Shown here: positions 41,303-55,260 of the stretch, one piece after another
Numbering within the stretch: position 1 is the first letter of the stretch
Layout of the letters: each line of letters begins with the position of its first letter
Source: the human T2T-CHM13v2.0 reference genome, Homo sapiens
Assembly: GCF_009914755.1 (NCBI RefSeq)
Contig: NC_060932.1
Strand: one strand, 5' to 3'
DNA: 64,000 bases
Notes under the pieces: model-generated
The model's input: only the letters and a program-made list of their open reading frames with translations
Told to the model about the DNA's origin: nothing
The model's database searches: none
Made by a program: the position numbers and the translations under genes

Positions 41303-41688
41303 CTAACAGCTGGGAGAGGTGGTGATGGGGCTGTGCAGGTAGGGCAGGCTGCTGGGGGCCGAGTGCACGCCCACGGAGACCGGAAAGCTGAAGACGAACT
41401 GCGAGGTGGGGGTGGCGGGGGTCTTGCCCCGCTCCCGCAGGGGTCCCGAGGGGCTAGCAGCCTCCGCAGCACAGGACGTGGCCAGCACCTGGGACTCGAA
41501 CTGCAGCAGCTGCCCCATGAAGCTGAAGTTGGGCGAGATGATGCTGCGGCGCTGCTTAACGAACTCGAAGGCCTCCTCCAGCCTCACCCGTTTCTTCATC
41601 ATCAGGTAGGCCAGGCAGATGGTGGCCGACCGCGAGATGCCCGCCTGGCAGTGCACCAGCACGCGCCCACGGCAGTCCTTCACGGCAT
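41303..41688 (-). CDS. DUSP4: DUSP4 coding exon 4, 386 nt (catalytic HCQAGISRS motif to stop)
   Basis: Acceptor CCCCAG|ATGCC; reads (D)[29 protein letters not shown]...[10 protein letters not shown] then TAG at 41305-41303. The four exons sum to 1185 nt = 394 aa plus stop. Confidence 0.98.
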
Positions 41689-41951
41689 CTGGGGACAGGG
41701 TTCAATAGGTTAGTGCACGTTTCTGCAGACCCCAGCCCCGACCAGGGGCACCGGCCAGCCCCTGGGGTCGGGGGGCTCTGAAGGAAGGACTAGCCGTGCT
41801 AGACCAAGGACTGGAGAGGAAGAAAACCCATGTAGGCAGGTCTCTAGAATGCCCCCAATTCTGAGGTCTATTTTCCCGAATCACTATGCTGAAGCTGGTT
41901 AAATCCTATTATCTGTTCAAGGATTTCCCTTTGCAGAAACAAAACAGTGGG

Positions 41952-42523
<572 letters not shown>

Positions 42524-42558
42524 TCAAACCCAGGAACCCCAGAGCAGGGCCAGCCTAC

Positions 42559-42778
42559 CGATGTACTCTATGGCTTCCATGAACCAGGAGCTGATGTCGG
42601 CCTTGTGGTTATCTTCCACTGGGATGCACTTGTACTGATAGTGTCCTTCAAAGTGGTTTGGGCAGTCCGAGGAGACATTCAACAGAGCCGTGATGCCCAG
42701 GGCGTCCAGCATGTCTCTCCGGGCAGCATGGTAGGCACTGCCGAGGTAGAGGAAGGGAAGGATCTCCACAGGACCCCC
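42559..42778 (-). CDS. DUSP4: DUSP4 coding exon 3, 220 nt (start of the phosphatase domain)
   Basis: Acceptor TGTGCAG|GGGGGT; reads GGPVEILPFLYLGSAYHAARRDMLDALGITALLNVS...VEDNHKADISSWFMEAIEYI; donor G|GTAGG. Confidence 0.98.
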
Positions 42779-43189
42779 CTGCACAGAAAGGGAAACAAAG
42801 GCCCCTGAATGACATGAGGGTAAAGTGCTTGGCACAGGGAGTGGAAGCTTGTCTGAGAAGAGCTTTCCTTTCCAAACCCAGGGAGAATGCCTGCTGGGCC
42901 TGGCCCTCCCAGCCTCCCCCTGTAGCCTCCTGGAACTCTTGGAGGGGTGATAGGCCCAGTGGGACTTCTCCAGCCTTTGCCCTCTACTTGTGAGCAGAGA
43001 GGCCAGGGCAGGTAAAGTCTTGTGGGACTCTCCTGCACCTCCCCCATGGCAAAATAAGCGGCAGGACAATGCCGGCCTTATGGCACCATCTGTGACACTG
43101 AGTTTATATCTGCTAATCATCAAGCCATTTGCTGTGTGGTTTAGATACTTATTTGTTTTGATATGTATTCACTGGGCATATCAAAAACA

Positions 43190-43480
43190 GGTGTGCAGTG
43201 GCTCACACCTGTAATCTCAGCACTTTAGGAGGCTGAGGTGGCAGGATCATGTGAGCCAGGAGTTCCAAGACCAGCATGGGCAACACAGTGAGACCTCATC
43301 TCTCAAACAATGAAGCTGGCATGATGGTGCACACCTGTAGTCTCAGTTGCTTGGGAGGCTGAAATGGGAGGATCATTTGAGCCCAGGACTTTGAAGCTGC
43401 AGTGAGCTATGATTGCGCCACAGGACTCAAGCCTGGGTAACAGAGTGAGACTCTGTCTCTAAAAATAAACAAATAAATAA
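43190..43480 (+). mobile_element. AluJ-like in DUSP4 intron 2
   Basis: Diverged dimer with GGAGGATCATTTGAGCCCAGG right-arm diagnostics. Confidence 0.88.
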
Positions 43481-43997
43481 GCTGATGCCCTCATGGCCAC
43501 ACAGACAAGAGAGAGGATCTTGGCAAAATGAGGCAACAGTGGCTTAAATTTAGCACATGAGATGTGGGCAGCAGAGTCCATCTAACTGAAAGGGCTGGAG
43601 GGTGGGCTTATAAGAAACACAGTGGCTCAAGCAGGTTTTCTTGGAGGGAGGGTGGGTGACCATCTATGTTCATTCGGCTGATACGTGGGAGCAGCCTGCC
43701 TGTCGGGGACTGAGATGTATTTCATGGCCTGCTACTTCAGAGGAGAATGACCTCAGCTTCCCAGAGAGCAGGTCCCCCAGGGCTTCTGGAGGCCTCCTCA
43801 CTTGTCCGGACACGACGTTAGAGGCCAAGCCAGGGAGTCATGTCTTTAGACTTTTTTCTTAGGAGGATATTTAGAGAGGGAAGGGGAAGATTTCCAAGAA
43901 GTAAATAGGTCCTACCTAACATCCCACCCCAATACTCCGGGTTCACCGCATTCTCCCCAAATTGAGGCATAACATTCAAAGACTTAAAAAAATCTCA

Positions 43998-44290
<293 letters not shown>

Positions 44291-44374
44291 CCGTCAGAAC
44301 TCTGAAAAGAAGGCATCCACTGGCCCCTACGCTGTTCCTGCCCCCCACTTCCAAGCCCTGCCCCCCGAGTCTAC

Positions 44375-44520
44375 CTGGTCGTGTAGTGGGGTCCCACAGG
44401 AGCTGCAGCCCAGGTCCAAGGGCTCTGTGGCACTGGGGGGAACCGGGGGTGGGATGGCTGCCAGGGCCTTGGTTTTAGAACAGAATTCTGGGTACTCGGA
44501 GGAAAACCTCTCATAGCCGC
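44375..44520 (-). CDS. DUSP4: DUSP4 coding exon 2, 146 nt
   Basis: Acceptor TTTACAG|GCGGCTATGAG; reads (G)GYERFSSEYPEFCSKTKALAAIPPPVPPSATEPLDLGCSSCGTPLHDQ; donor CAG|GTAG. Phase fits exon 1. Confidence 0.97.
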
Positions 44521-44641
44521 CTGTAAAGGAGAAAGAAGCTCAGGTTAATGGGGTCACTAAGCCAGCAGGAAGTCAGAAAGAACTCGACTCCTACAGACTC
44601 AGGCGGACTGCTAGGAAGGCAGGGGCTGGCGTGCTCCATAT

Positions 44642-44660
44642 TGGCCACTAGGTGGCGCTG
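44642..44660 (+). promoter_or_regulatory. Candidate CTCF site
   Basis: TGGCCACTAGGTGGCGCTG closely matches the CTCF core consensus CCACNAGRKGGCRC. Confidence 0.7.
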
Positions 44661-45649
44661 TGGACCTAGAGAATGGCCATGGAGTGGTTTCCAGAGATGC
44701 AGAGGACACACTCGTCAGGACTGCAGCAAAGCTGGAAGGATAAGCTTTATGGACAAGACTTGGGTTAGAGAGGTAGACATACAAAGGAAGACGTGCAGGG
44801 GGATGTGCAGAAGTGACTGTGGAGTAGCTCCTCAGGACAATGACAAAATAGAGAAGCAAAGGTCACGCTGGGCTTCCAAGGACACTAAGTACCTGTAGAG
44901 ACACCTGCCACCCCTGATTCCAGCCCTTCCTCAGGGGAGGTTCTCCAATGTGAGAAAGAAGGGAAAAAATGACCCTGGTACAAACTCTTCTGGATCTCAG
45001 CAATGGAACAGATGTCCATTGCACGTCCTCATGAATAGCTGTTCCGTCACCAAGAGACCAGAACAAGAGGAAAACGGGCTTAAATCTAAATAAACCCCTC
45101 ATGCTATGTACAGGTTTGGGGCAAGGGAGTATTTCCTGACCTGAGAGTGGGTAAGCCCTGGAATGGTTATCTGTGGGATCATCTTCCAGAGAAGGGAGAT
45201 CTTTTAAATAAAAAAAGAAGATGATGATAAATGGCCAGCTGAGCTGGGGTAGGGTGAGTGCTCCTATCTAGGAGGGGTGGAGGCAGGTGGGATACAGGGA
45301 GAGGCCACAGGGAGGCCATCCAAAAAGACAACCTTTCAAGCCCTATCTCTGGCTTTCTTGTGATCTCTGGGACTTCCTTTTGCGGCCAACTTCCAATCCA
45401 CAGTGCTATCAATGTATGGCCCTGCTTTTATTTTTATTTTACAGTGTCTGTAGGGCCAGAAATGGATTCAATTGATTCAGTAGGGCCTGTGCGTTGGAGA
45501 ACCACCATTCCAACAAACCCATTCAACTGACTCCAATGACAATTTGGCCAACAGTCCTGGATGTCGCTACCTTTGCGGTCTTCATGACAGTGACATAGGA
45601 CCTCTGTGCCCTAGGGCCATTGATAGAAATTTTCCAATGTGCAGACATG

Positions 45650-45870
45650 TGACGGTGAGTCAGTCACTTGCGCCAAATCCCAACCCTAAAGACTGCTTCC
45701 TACTGAGAGGAAGGAAACGGTTCTCTACCACATCATGAGGCTTATAGAAACAGGGTGTACATTTTTTCCTCTCTGACCGGAGGCTTCTCTATTCCCCTCC
45801 TCTCCCTCCCTCAGGATATAAATGGATCTCTCTCTGGTCACAGGCCCTTGTTCCTGCTGAGTCACAGTGA
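45650..45870. promoter_or_regulatory. Candidate intronic AP-1/ETS enhancer
   Basis: TGAGTCA at 45656-45662 and 45858-45864, with tandem GGAA (AGGAAGGAAA) near 45708. Motif evidence only. Confidence 0.35.
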
Positions 45871-47162
45871 CCAGCCTCCCTGGATGGAAAACCTGCTGGT
45901 GGGGCTGGTACCGTCAGCCTCGGTCATGCTGGTGGCCTCGGCAGCCACTTCATCACAGAAGCACCCCCTCCCTCCCATCATAAACCCCTTTCCTTATTCG
46001 GCTGCCACCACTGCTGCCCAAAATGCAGTAATTAGAGGATGAGGGAAGAGGAAGGAAATATCTGTCTGCAGCTGAAGTCCTTCAGGGGCTTCTGTGATGG
46101 GAAACTTCAGTCCATGCTCCCTTTCGGAGAAAGTGGAAGGGAAACTCATTCATTAACAGTGGTTGATCACTTGTATCCCAAGCCATCACTTGTTACTCTA
46201 TATACTTCTCTAGGATTTGAAAAAATTCTAAGTACATGATCCTTTTGTCTATTACATAATTTGAGCTATTAAAACACATTTTAAAACAACATGTTAGACA
46301 CAGGTGGTGTCCTGCAAAAACTCACCACCAAGACAGACAAGCTATCGCCTGCACTCAAAAGTGAATGGTTGGGTGGCCCAGGAGTGCCAGGGCAGGCCCC
46401 ACGGTCACAGAGCAGAGTGGCCCTCAGGGCTGGAGAAGCAGGAAGAGCCCAGAGCAGCTGAGAGGATGTTGTCTCCATTGCTGAGGGTATGGAACAGGGC
46501 ACTGGAGTGAAGTTCCGAAAGGGCACAGGCTCTGCCATGAGGTTGCACCCCACCCTGAGCATGTATCACCTGTGCAGCCCGGGCCTCCTGAACCTCTCGG
46601 AGCCTCCTCCTCGTCTGTAAGTGATGAAAGTCCCCTGCACAAAGGCCTATGAGGACTGGTTCTGACAGCCAGGCTCTGTGCCTGGCATCAGGGAGACAGA
46701 TCATGAAGTTTTCCCTTCTCGGTGCCTACATGGAGGGGTGCCCTCGGATGCCCTCAGCAGAGATCCTCAAAGGCCAAAGAGGAACCGGGGACAGGGTAAT
46801 GCTGGTAAGGTACTGGGCATTTGACAGCCTGCTCTCCTGGAAACCTGTCTCTTGGTTTCCGGAGACCTCCAGACCTCCATCTTCTCTCCCAGGCATGGCC
46901 ATGGCTGCCACTCAGCAGAACCCTTGTCAGGGACCTGGCACCGGCTGCTGGCCATGGAGTGGTGTGGGGGGCAAGGAGGGCCCAAGTGACCCATTTGGTG
47001 GGGAACAGGCTAGATGTGGCCTGAGAGGGCCATTCGTCATCTCCCCCAGGCTCATCGCAACTGTCTGGAAAAGGCACCATTAGAAGGCAGCAGAAAAATG
47101 ATTACAGAAAAGTCAGTTCCCTCTGAGGGAGTTTTAAAGAACAAGCAAAAATGAACAAGGTG

Positions 47163-47614
<452 letters not shown>

Positions 47615-49108
47615 TCAGGCCAGCACTCATGGGTGAGAACGATATGTTCTGGGCTGGTGGAGCCCGGAGGACACAGTGAAGGTGATGCGGGAGGATGCAT
47701 GCAAGTTAGCATTTATCCATCGGTGGAAGAAGCTGCTCAAGTCCACCCCCCACAGGGCCATGCCCCAGTAAGTCATCTCTGGGTGTCAGTCTATGCCACC
47801 TCTGCCTTCCACCCCTTCCTGGTGGGCCCTTCTCCAGGGGGCACTGCCTGCAGGTTTCATCAAGTGAAGACAGACTTTTCATGCAAAAACAGAACTGATC
47901 CAAATAGGGCACTGCTGATATTTCACCAAACTCTGCTTCTACCCATTGGTTTCCTAATCCAGGCTGTCATTAAAGAGTCATGACCCACATTTTTAAAATG
48001 GAATACAATAGAATAGGAATTAGGAGGATGCACTGCCCTTAAAGAGGATATCATTTTATGGAACTTTTCTTCAGATGTGCATGTATCCCTCTCCTGGGTC
48101 ACAATATAAATTAAAATGTGTTTCTTACTGTGGGCAGGGTTAAAAAAGATTATTCTAAGGTGACTTCCACTCAGTCCCTCCTACCCATCCCCAAATCCAT
48201 GCAAGTACCATAGCCACAGCCCTTTCAAGAGCTAGATTTAGATCACCTAGTTTTATCCCAAAAAATCATGAAAGGGAAAGCTTATTCTCATTGTCTACAA
48301 AGGGGCTGGGCTCCTTCCCGTGCCCCTAGCAGGTGTGCAAGGAGAAGTGGAGACAGATCCAGGTGTAAGTCCAACTCAACTTGTGGAACTTGGACAAGTA
48401 TGTTCCCTCCTCAACTCTGGTTTTTCCCACTCTCAAAATGTAAGAATTTCTGATTATAATGATCTTTAAGTTCCAATATCCTCTGCTTCTAAATATCCAG
48501 GATCTACTTATTTGCGTGTCAGTTTTGCCAGCTCTGAAGCAGCAGGTGCCTAAAATCTGCATTTCTATCTCCTGAATAATTTCATTATCAAATGTGCCAT
48601 TCTGAATGAATGAATTCTGTTTTTCCTATGCCCTTTGAATGTATGAAATGAATGTATTGAACGTGTCTGTGTCCTACTGAATGTAATTCCATAAGAGGTT
48701 TCTTACTAATTTCAACCTGTTTTTCCCATGTCCTTATTTAAGAATATATTTTCTATTCCTAAATCTCTCATTTTATCACCTTTATTTTACAATTTGAAAG
48801 TCTGGAAGAAAAAAAGGAGTGTGATTTTCATCAGACTTACTTAAGAATAACTCCATCTACAGTTCAACTCCACTGTGCCTCCTCCTTCTCACATCCTCAT
48901 ACAGGGAGGCAATTTTCCAAGTTTAGTGGAAATGAGGACCCCTCATTAGAAGCCCTCCACCACACTCCCCCGTCCCTTGCAGGAGTAGGAGATAATGTAT
49001 GTAAAAGTACTTTACAAAGGGCAGATTGATAATATCACCATAATAGGACTGTTACTGGGATTTGTGATGGGGAAGACTGTCCTTTGGTGGTGACTATGGT
49101 CATGGATC

Positions 49109-49400
49109 TTTTTTTTTTTTTTTTCCCCAGACAGGGTCTGTCACTGTCACTCTCTCACCCAGGCTGCAGTGCAGTGGCACGATTATGGCTCACTGTAGCC
49201 TTGACTTCCCTGGGCTCAAGCAATCTCCTTGCTTCAGCCTCCTGAGTAGCTGAGATTACAGGCACATGCCATCTCGCCCGGCTAATTTTTGCATTTTTTG
49301 TAGAGACCAAGTTTGCCATGTTGTCCTGGCCTCAAGTGATCTGCCTGCCTCAGTCTCTCAAAGTGCTAGGATTGCAGGTGTGAGCCACCACACCCGGCCT
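49109..49400 (-). mobile_element. AluJ-like in DUSP4 intron 1
   Basis: Antisense Alu with TSD TGGTCATG(G/A)ATCTT. Confidence 0.9.
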
Positions 49401-49646
49401 TGGTCATGAATCTTAATGTGGCTGCCACTTTTTCCCCATTATGCCCCCAACACTCAGAATAGTGCCAGGTCCCAGGCAGGGCTCATGGCCTTGCTCTTGC
49501 CAGAAAAGTCATGCTCTTGCAAGAAAGTCTGGGGTTGTTTGAAGGCCATTTGCCTTTGGGAACTCTACTTTATGTGACTGTTGACTTAGTAAGCACCTAT
49601 GTAAATGCTGAGCTGTATTTAAAATCCAACTAAGTGAACTTCTCAC

Positions 49647-49806
49647 CTTGAGACTCTGAACACAGACACCTGGACCTTCCTGCCAGCTGGCTGACACCTA
49701 ACGCCATGCTGGGGGCTCGAACTGGTTTGCAGTCTCTCCCAGTCCTCCTGGGCGATCTGCTATGTTCAGCAAACTGGCTTCCGTTGGAGTGAACTTTTCT
49801 TCCCAT
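49647..49806 (-). CDS. DUSP4: DUSP4 alternative first coding exon (short isoform, 303 aa)
   Basis: ATG at 49806 reads MGRKVHSNGSQFAEHSRSPRRTGRDCKPVRAPSMALGVSQLAGRSRCLCSESQ-G and ends at donor CAAG|GTGAG in phase 1, compatible with exon 2. 160+146+220+386 = 912 nt. Matches the recalled isoform 2 N-terminus. Confidence 0.88.
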
Positions 49807-52800
49807 CGTGCTTCCTCTTCGTTAGCCAGGAACTGCCTCCCGGTAAGGAAATCGGCTCTCTGGTTTCAGATGTTCTGATTTTTTTTCAAGGAATTTCTTG
49901 GCTCGGGAAAGTGGCCACCCTTTCTCTCTCCCTCATTTTTCTGAGCAGTCCATTTTTGTGGGTGGAGCCCACCTCTCCTATAAGCACCCAGGATAAGCCC
50001 AAGGAAGTTGTGACGGTCTAAAGGGTCAAATTTCACTCTCAATTTACACCTACATCTGTCTTTAGTTACTTTTGTTAGTTGGAGACATCCAATGTAAATG
50101 GTGTCTAACATAGTGAGTTTGCTTCATTGTAAAAAATCACCTGTAAGACCTAGCAACTTATGCTTCCAGTCCTTGGCTGTCATGGGCATTGTATTACATT
50201 TGTAAGCAGAAACTACCATATTTGCAAGCAGAAAAGCGAGTCATTTTCCCTTTAGGTAGAAAAGGTATGCAATATTGACATCCCCCAGAGCTGTGCTGTT
50301 TGATGCCATTGCCCTCCTGGGGAACTGAAGACAGAGAGAGCAATGGTGGGGCTAGAGAGAGAAAAAACAGAAAAATGTCACCAGAGTTTCCAGAGCTGTT
50401 AATTGTGTTCCTCTCCCCCCACATTCATCAGTGGCCTTAGTGACTGTTTTCTACAGAAAGGGTAATATCATGGGCTGTATGGTCAGGCCCTGGGCTATTG
50501 GATGCTATCCGGTACTATAGGGTGAGTGGAAGGAGAAACTGGAATATCTAGATGATCTTCCCCATTTCTCCAACAGCTCCAGGACAGCTTTTAAATTAGA
50601 ACTGACAAAGGCTGAGGGAAGTTTTAGGTAGGTGGAAAGGAAGGTAATGTTTTTATACCTGCAATCTTTTTGCATAACAGATTATTTTGTTATTTGGGGT
50701 TAATAAAGGCAAAGAATAGGGTAAGAAAAAGCTCTTTTTGTCTTTCTCTAATGACCAGGGGAGTCTCAAACTCTAATCCAAGGATTTACGAATGAGAGAG
50801 AAAGGGATTTCAAGAAGTGTATTGTGATAAAATCTGAAAAACTAAAATTTCCAAACTGACTCTAAAAATGCCTTACAAGATTTTAAATTAAATGAGTTTT
50901 AAAAAAATTACCCCACTGGAAATCCTTTACTAGCAAAGATAGAAAACATTAGATTTTTCGTTATTGCTTTTAGCAAAAGTCGGGTAATCTGAGGAAATGT
51001 AAAGGCTAGGCTGTACTTTCTTGATATTAAGCGAAGTTTACCTCCTGCCACCTGCATGGAGTAACCAGTTCAACGTGGTTGAAGTAACCCTTCAACGTGG
51101 CAGAAATAGAAAAACTGAATTTTAAAATGCAATTAATAGAATTAGATAGCTTTGGCTGGACATGCTACTATCACTTCTGAAAATACTCTTGTTGCTTTTA
51201 CTGCTTCTCCTAACCCCTCCAAGAATGGCAGACACCAACCATCAAGCCTTCCACTGGCTTCCTGTCCTGCTTTACAGACACGCACAGGCACACCTGAAAT
51301 GAGACATACATACATTCCCTCGCTGGAAAATAAAATGAATTACTCCAGTAGGAAACAAATTCTCCAACCCTTCACCAATTCAGGCATTTACTAAAGATAA
51401 TCTAAGGGGCTTTTTCTTCCTTTGCTTCTCAAAATTCCCCTTTAGGTCTCTGCCCCAGAGCCCCCTCCCGGGAAACCACATTTGCTCCACTGCACTGGCT
51501 TCCAGGCATGGAAGGGAGGTGTATCTGGAGACCTGGGAGACACCTTGATTTCCTTCCCCAGCCCCTTCCCGCAGAGCTGTGGGAGCAGATACTGACTTTT
51601 TCCTTCTGACCTCTCTAGGGATGCCTTTCCATTAGAGGGCAAAGAGGAAGAAGAGGAACTGGGTTAAAGATGGCCTCTGCTGAACACATATGTCAAAATC
51701 AGCTAAGCTAAACCGAATAGGGCCCAGTTAACCTCAACGATGTTCACCACAACAGAGCAGGCTGGAAGATTCCCCCACCTCTCAATTTTAGGTGCTTGCT
51801 TCCAAGGGCAGGCTCCCTTTGGAAGCAGAAGCTGAACTTCTGGCTAGGAGGGGCTATTCTAGAAGAGACCGAAGCTAAATCTGTGGCCCAGGCCTGCACA
51901 CCTCCATCTGCAAGGATGTCCACTTTGAGATGCAGAAGATGATTCTCCCTGCCCGCGTCGGGGCCGACTACGAGAGGCAGTGCAGGCTCCAGGAGGAAAC
52001 AGCCCTTAAAGTACTTCTCTTATGTTGGCCAGGCACCTCGCCACCCACCAGAGGGCTGTCATTTTACCTAGAGGCCTGTACTACCCAGTCACTAGCCTCG
52101 CCCAGAATCTCCAGGGCTCTCGAATCGGTCTGGCTGGGGAAATGGAGGAGGTTGGGGAGGGAGGACTCTCAACGGGATTCACGAGGGACAGGGAAATGCC
52201 GCGCGCCCTGGGGATAAATCTTAAAAAATAATCCCTCTCTCCCCGGGAGCGGGGCCTAAGTGGCTGCACCCCCGGAAGCCCAAGGGCCGAGGTCCTGGAG
52301 CTGCCGCTCTAGGGCGGTCCCCTCGGGATTTCTTCCAGGAAGGAAAGCAAAACACAACAAAACAAATCCAGACTCCACGTGGGGCTGGAACCCAGTCCCA
52401 GCCCTGCTGTGTTCTAGCTGGTCCCGGGTTTGGACGCCAGCGAAGGAAGGCGCGCCCGCGCTCTCCATCGGGGGGACTCGAGGGCAGCGCCGTGCGGGGA
52501 ACATCCCGGCCAGCCCCGGCCATTCGAGGGGACTTGCGTCCCAGAGGAATTGCCCTCATCTCTCCCACCAGCGCCGACAAGCTCAAACAATGGCGCGGAC
52601 GCCCACCCTGGTGGCCTAACCAGGACCTGGCCCCGCTCAGCCGCCAGGCCTTCCGGGACAAGCCCCTTCCTGGCACTTTCTCTTGGAGCGCTTTGGGGAG
52701 AAGGGAGGGGGACTGGGCTCATTTGGAGGAGCAAAAGACAGCCCTCGCGGAAAAAGAAAGAAAAATCAGCAAAATCGCCTTAGCAGTTCAACCAAAGGTC

Positions 52801-54122
52801 AACAGCAGCGTTTCCCCAGCAGCTGACAGGTCAAATGGGCAGGAAACAACTGCGGGGAACAAAGCCCCCCGCTGTCCGGCAGGGGCGAACCCGGCTCCTC
52901 CGCACTGAACAGTTTTGTTGTGCTTTTTGGAGGGGAGAGGTTTCCGCCCCCTTTCCAGCTCCCTTCCTCCCGGGTGGACAGGTCGGAAGAGGAGCGGAAA
53001 GGAAAGGAAGGGAGGGAGGCGGCGAAGGCGCCTGCGGGGGGGAGGAGCGGCTCTTTGATGGGTGTGGGGGGGTCTGAACTGCCTACCGGGCTCGGAAGCG
53101 CAGACCCTACCCGCGCGGAAGAATGCGCGGAATGCGGCGGCGGGAGGCGGAGGCGCAGCGCGGCGGGGGGCGCCCGGACCCCACGCGCCCTGCCCGCTCC
53201 CTAGCCCGAGGGCCGCGGACCCACCCTGCCCTGCAGGTGTGGCGGGCGCCAGGTCCCTCCAGGGACTCGGACAGCACGCGATTTTTCCAGGATTTCCGAC
53301 TACCAAATGTGACAAGACAGTCTCGCCGCCGAGAGTTTCGCCAGGGCTCGCTAAAATCCGGCACGCGCCGCCATCAGATAGTCGAAAATCCGGGCTGAAC
53401 AAAAGGTGATCATTCTCCGCTGCCCGGATTTGCAGGCGCTAGAGGACCGGTTCCGCCCGGCGTCCCCCAGATACCCAGTCCTTCAGCCTCCCGCTCCCAG
53501 AGCCTGGATCTAGCCCGGGACGGGGATTGGCCACCTTCCAAGCTGAGCTTGGAGTTGGGCAGCGGGAACGCAGATACAGATCGCTCTACACAGTGTGTGC
53601 AACCCAATCTCCCTTTCTGCATTTGCCAGGGTCTTGTTTTCAGTGAAACTGGCAAGGCCAATTGTACCTCGGCGCCCACCCCTCTTCACCTTTTCTCCAC
53701 CTCTGGGATTCTCCCGGTCCGGCTCAGTGTAGGGCCCCAGCACGCCAAACCAACAGGCCTATCTTGTCCCCACGCGCCCCGTGGTACTTGGAAACTGTTC
53801 CCGGGACTCAAGATGGACCGCGCAGAGGAGTCGCTTCATCCTCGAGGCTAGGACCGTTAATGTCAATAAACGGGGCCTCGCTAGGACGGTGCGGAATTGC
53901 AGGTGACCGGAGAAACCCGTCCGCACTTTCCCTGAGGACTTGAACCTCGCACTTGCACAGAAACCTTGCAAACCCCTACACACCAACACACACAAAGGGG
54001 CGCGCGGGGATCCCCGCAACCACGAATCACGCCGGGGACTCCTTCCCGTGCCAATAAGGCGCAGGCCGCCAAGACCCCCTCCATCTCCCCGACTCCAGCT
54101 AGCGCCCGGAGCCCTCGTTTAC

Positions 54123-54555
54123 CTTTGAGCAGGCAGATGTCGGTGCGCTCGGCGTTGCGGCGCAGCGCCTGCACCACCAGCGACACGGTGCTGTCCTCGC
54201 GGAGGCTCTCGGCGCGCGGGCTGCGCTCGTCGTAGACGATGACCGCCGAGTAGAGGCCGGAGCGCAAGCGGGCGCGTACCTCCTCCTCGGCGGGCAGGAT
54301 CTGCTCCAGGCTCACGGAGCCCTTAGCCCGCCGCCGCACGATGGTGTTACAGCGCACGTTGACCGAACCTAGGATGTAGCCCGCGCTGTGCGCCAGGAAC
54401 GGTCTGCAGTCCAGCAGCAGGCACTTGCCGCCGCTCGGCAGCCCCAGGGTGCCGTGGCTGCCGCTGCCGCCCGCGCCGCCGCCATTCTCGTCCCGGTTCA
54501 TCAGCCTTTTGAGCACACTGCAGTCCATCTCCCGCAGCTCCTCCATCGTCACCAT
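54123..54555 (-). CDS. DUSP4: DUSP4 coding exon 1 (rhodanese/Cdc25-homology MAPK-binding domain), 433 nt
   Basis: Translates MVTMEELREMDCSVLKRLMNRDENG...LLLDCRPF...IVRRRAKG...DICLLK-G. ATG at 54555; donor AAAG|GTAAAC at 54123/54122. Matches the recalled DUSP4 protein. Confidence 0.98.
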
Positions 54556-54959
54556 GGTCGCCGGGAACCGAGGCGGCTGGGCGCGCGAGGAAGAGAAGAG
54601 AACCCGGGCCGCCTAGGCTGCAGAAAGGGGCGGGCGAGAGCTAAGAAGGGACGCCTGCAGAAGTGGCCGCAAACTTGGTCCTCAAGGGCTCCCGCGGGAG
54701 AGCCTCTTCTTCCCTGTCCCCTTCCTCCCGCAGCCTCGCGGTCACATAGCAGTCGGAGCGGCCTCGGGCGCCCAGCCGGGCGGCGCGCAGAGCGGAGGGG
54801 GAGGCGCCGGTGGAGGAGAGTGTGTTTACGAGAGAGGACCGCGGACTCTTTTCGGCGACGGCCTCCCGTGTATTTTTGCCGGTCGCGCGGCTCCTGTCGC
54901 CACTGGCGCCAGCGCTGCCCTGCCTACGCTCCTCCGGCGCTCAGCGCACTGCCCCAGCC

Positions 54960-55260
54960 AGAGTTTTCTCCTCGGCTTAGAGGTTTATTAATGCTCCTCC
55001 GCGCTCCCGGGGGAGGGGGCGCTAGGTACTACCCCGCCAGGCCCCGCCCCGTTCCATTCCGGGCCCCGCGCCGTCCCCCGCCCCCCGCGCTGTCCCCCGC
55101 CCCCCGCGCTGACTCCCCGCCCCCTCCGGGCCCCTCCTCCCACCCCCTCCCCGGAGCTTGAATGGAGCGCGGCCGCTGGCTCCCGGTCACGGGAACTCGA
55201 CGTCACAAAGAGCGGAGTAAACAGGGCGCCGGGTGCTCGCCATCAGGCCCATTCATAAAA
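54960..55260 (-). promoter_or_regulatory. DUSP4 core/proximal promoter
   Basis: TATA-like ATTAATAAA (minus strand, 54992-54984), GC-box cluster 55040-55150, CRE-like TGACGTCG (55205-55198), forkhead GTAAACA (55217-55223) and posterior-HOX-like TTTTATGA near 55253-55260. TSS inferred near 54960. Confidence 0.75.

Noticed and set aside
41102-41713. 203-aa ORF antisense to DUSP4 exon 4
   Set aside because: Shadow ORF of GC-rich coding sequence.
42779-43123. N-terminal extension of the exon 3 ORF
   Set aside because: Intronic open frame upstream of a good acceptor, with no homology.
53881-54122. Extension of the DUSP4 exon 1 ORF to 224 aa
   Set aside because: Read-through into intron 1 past the canonical donor; the spliced frame gives the known protein.
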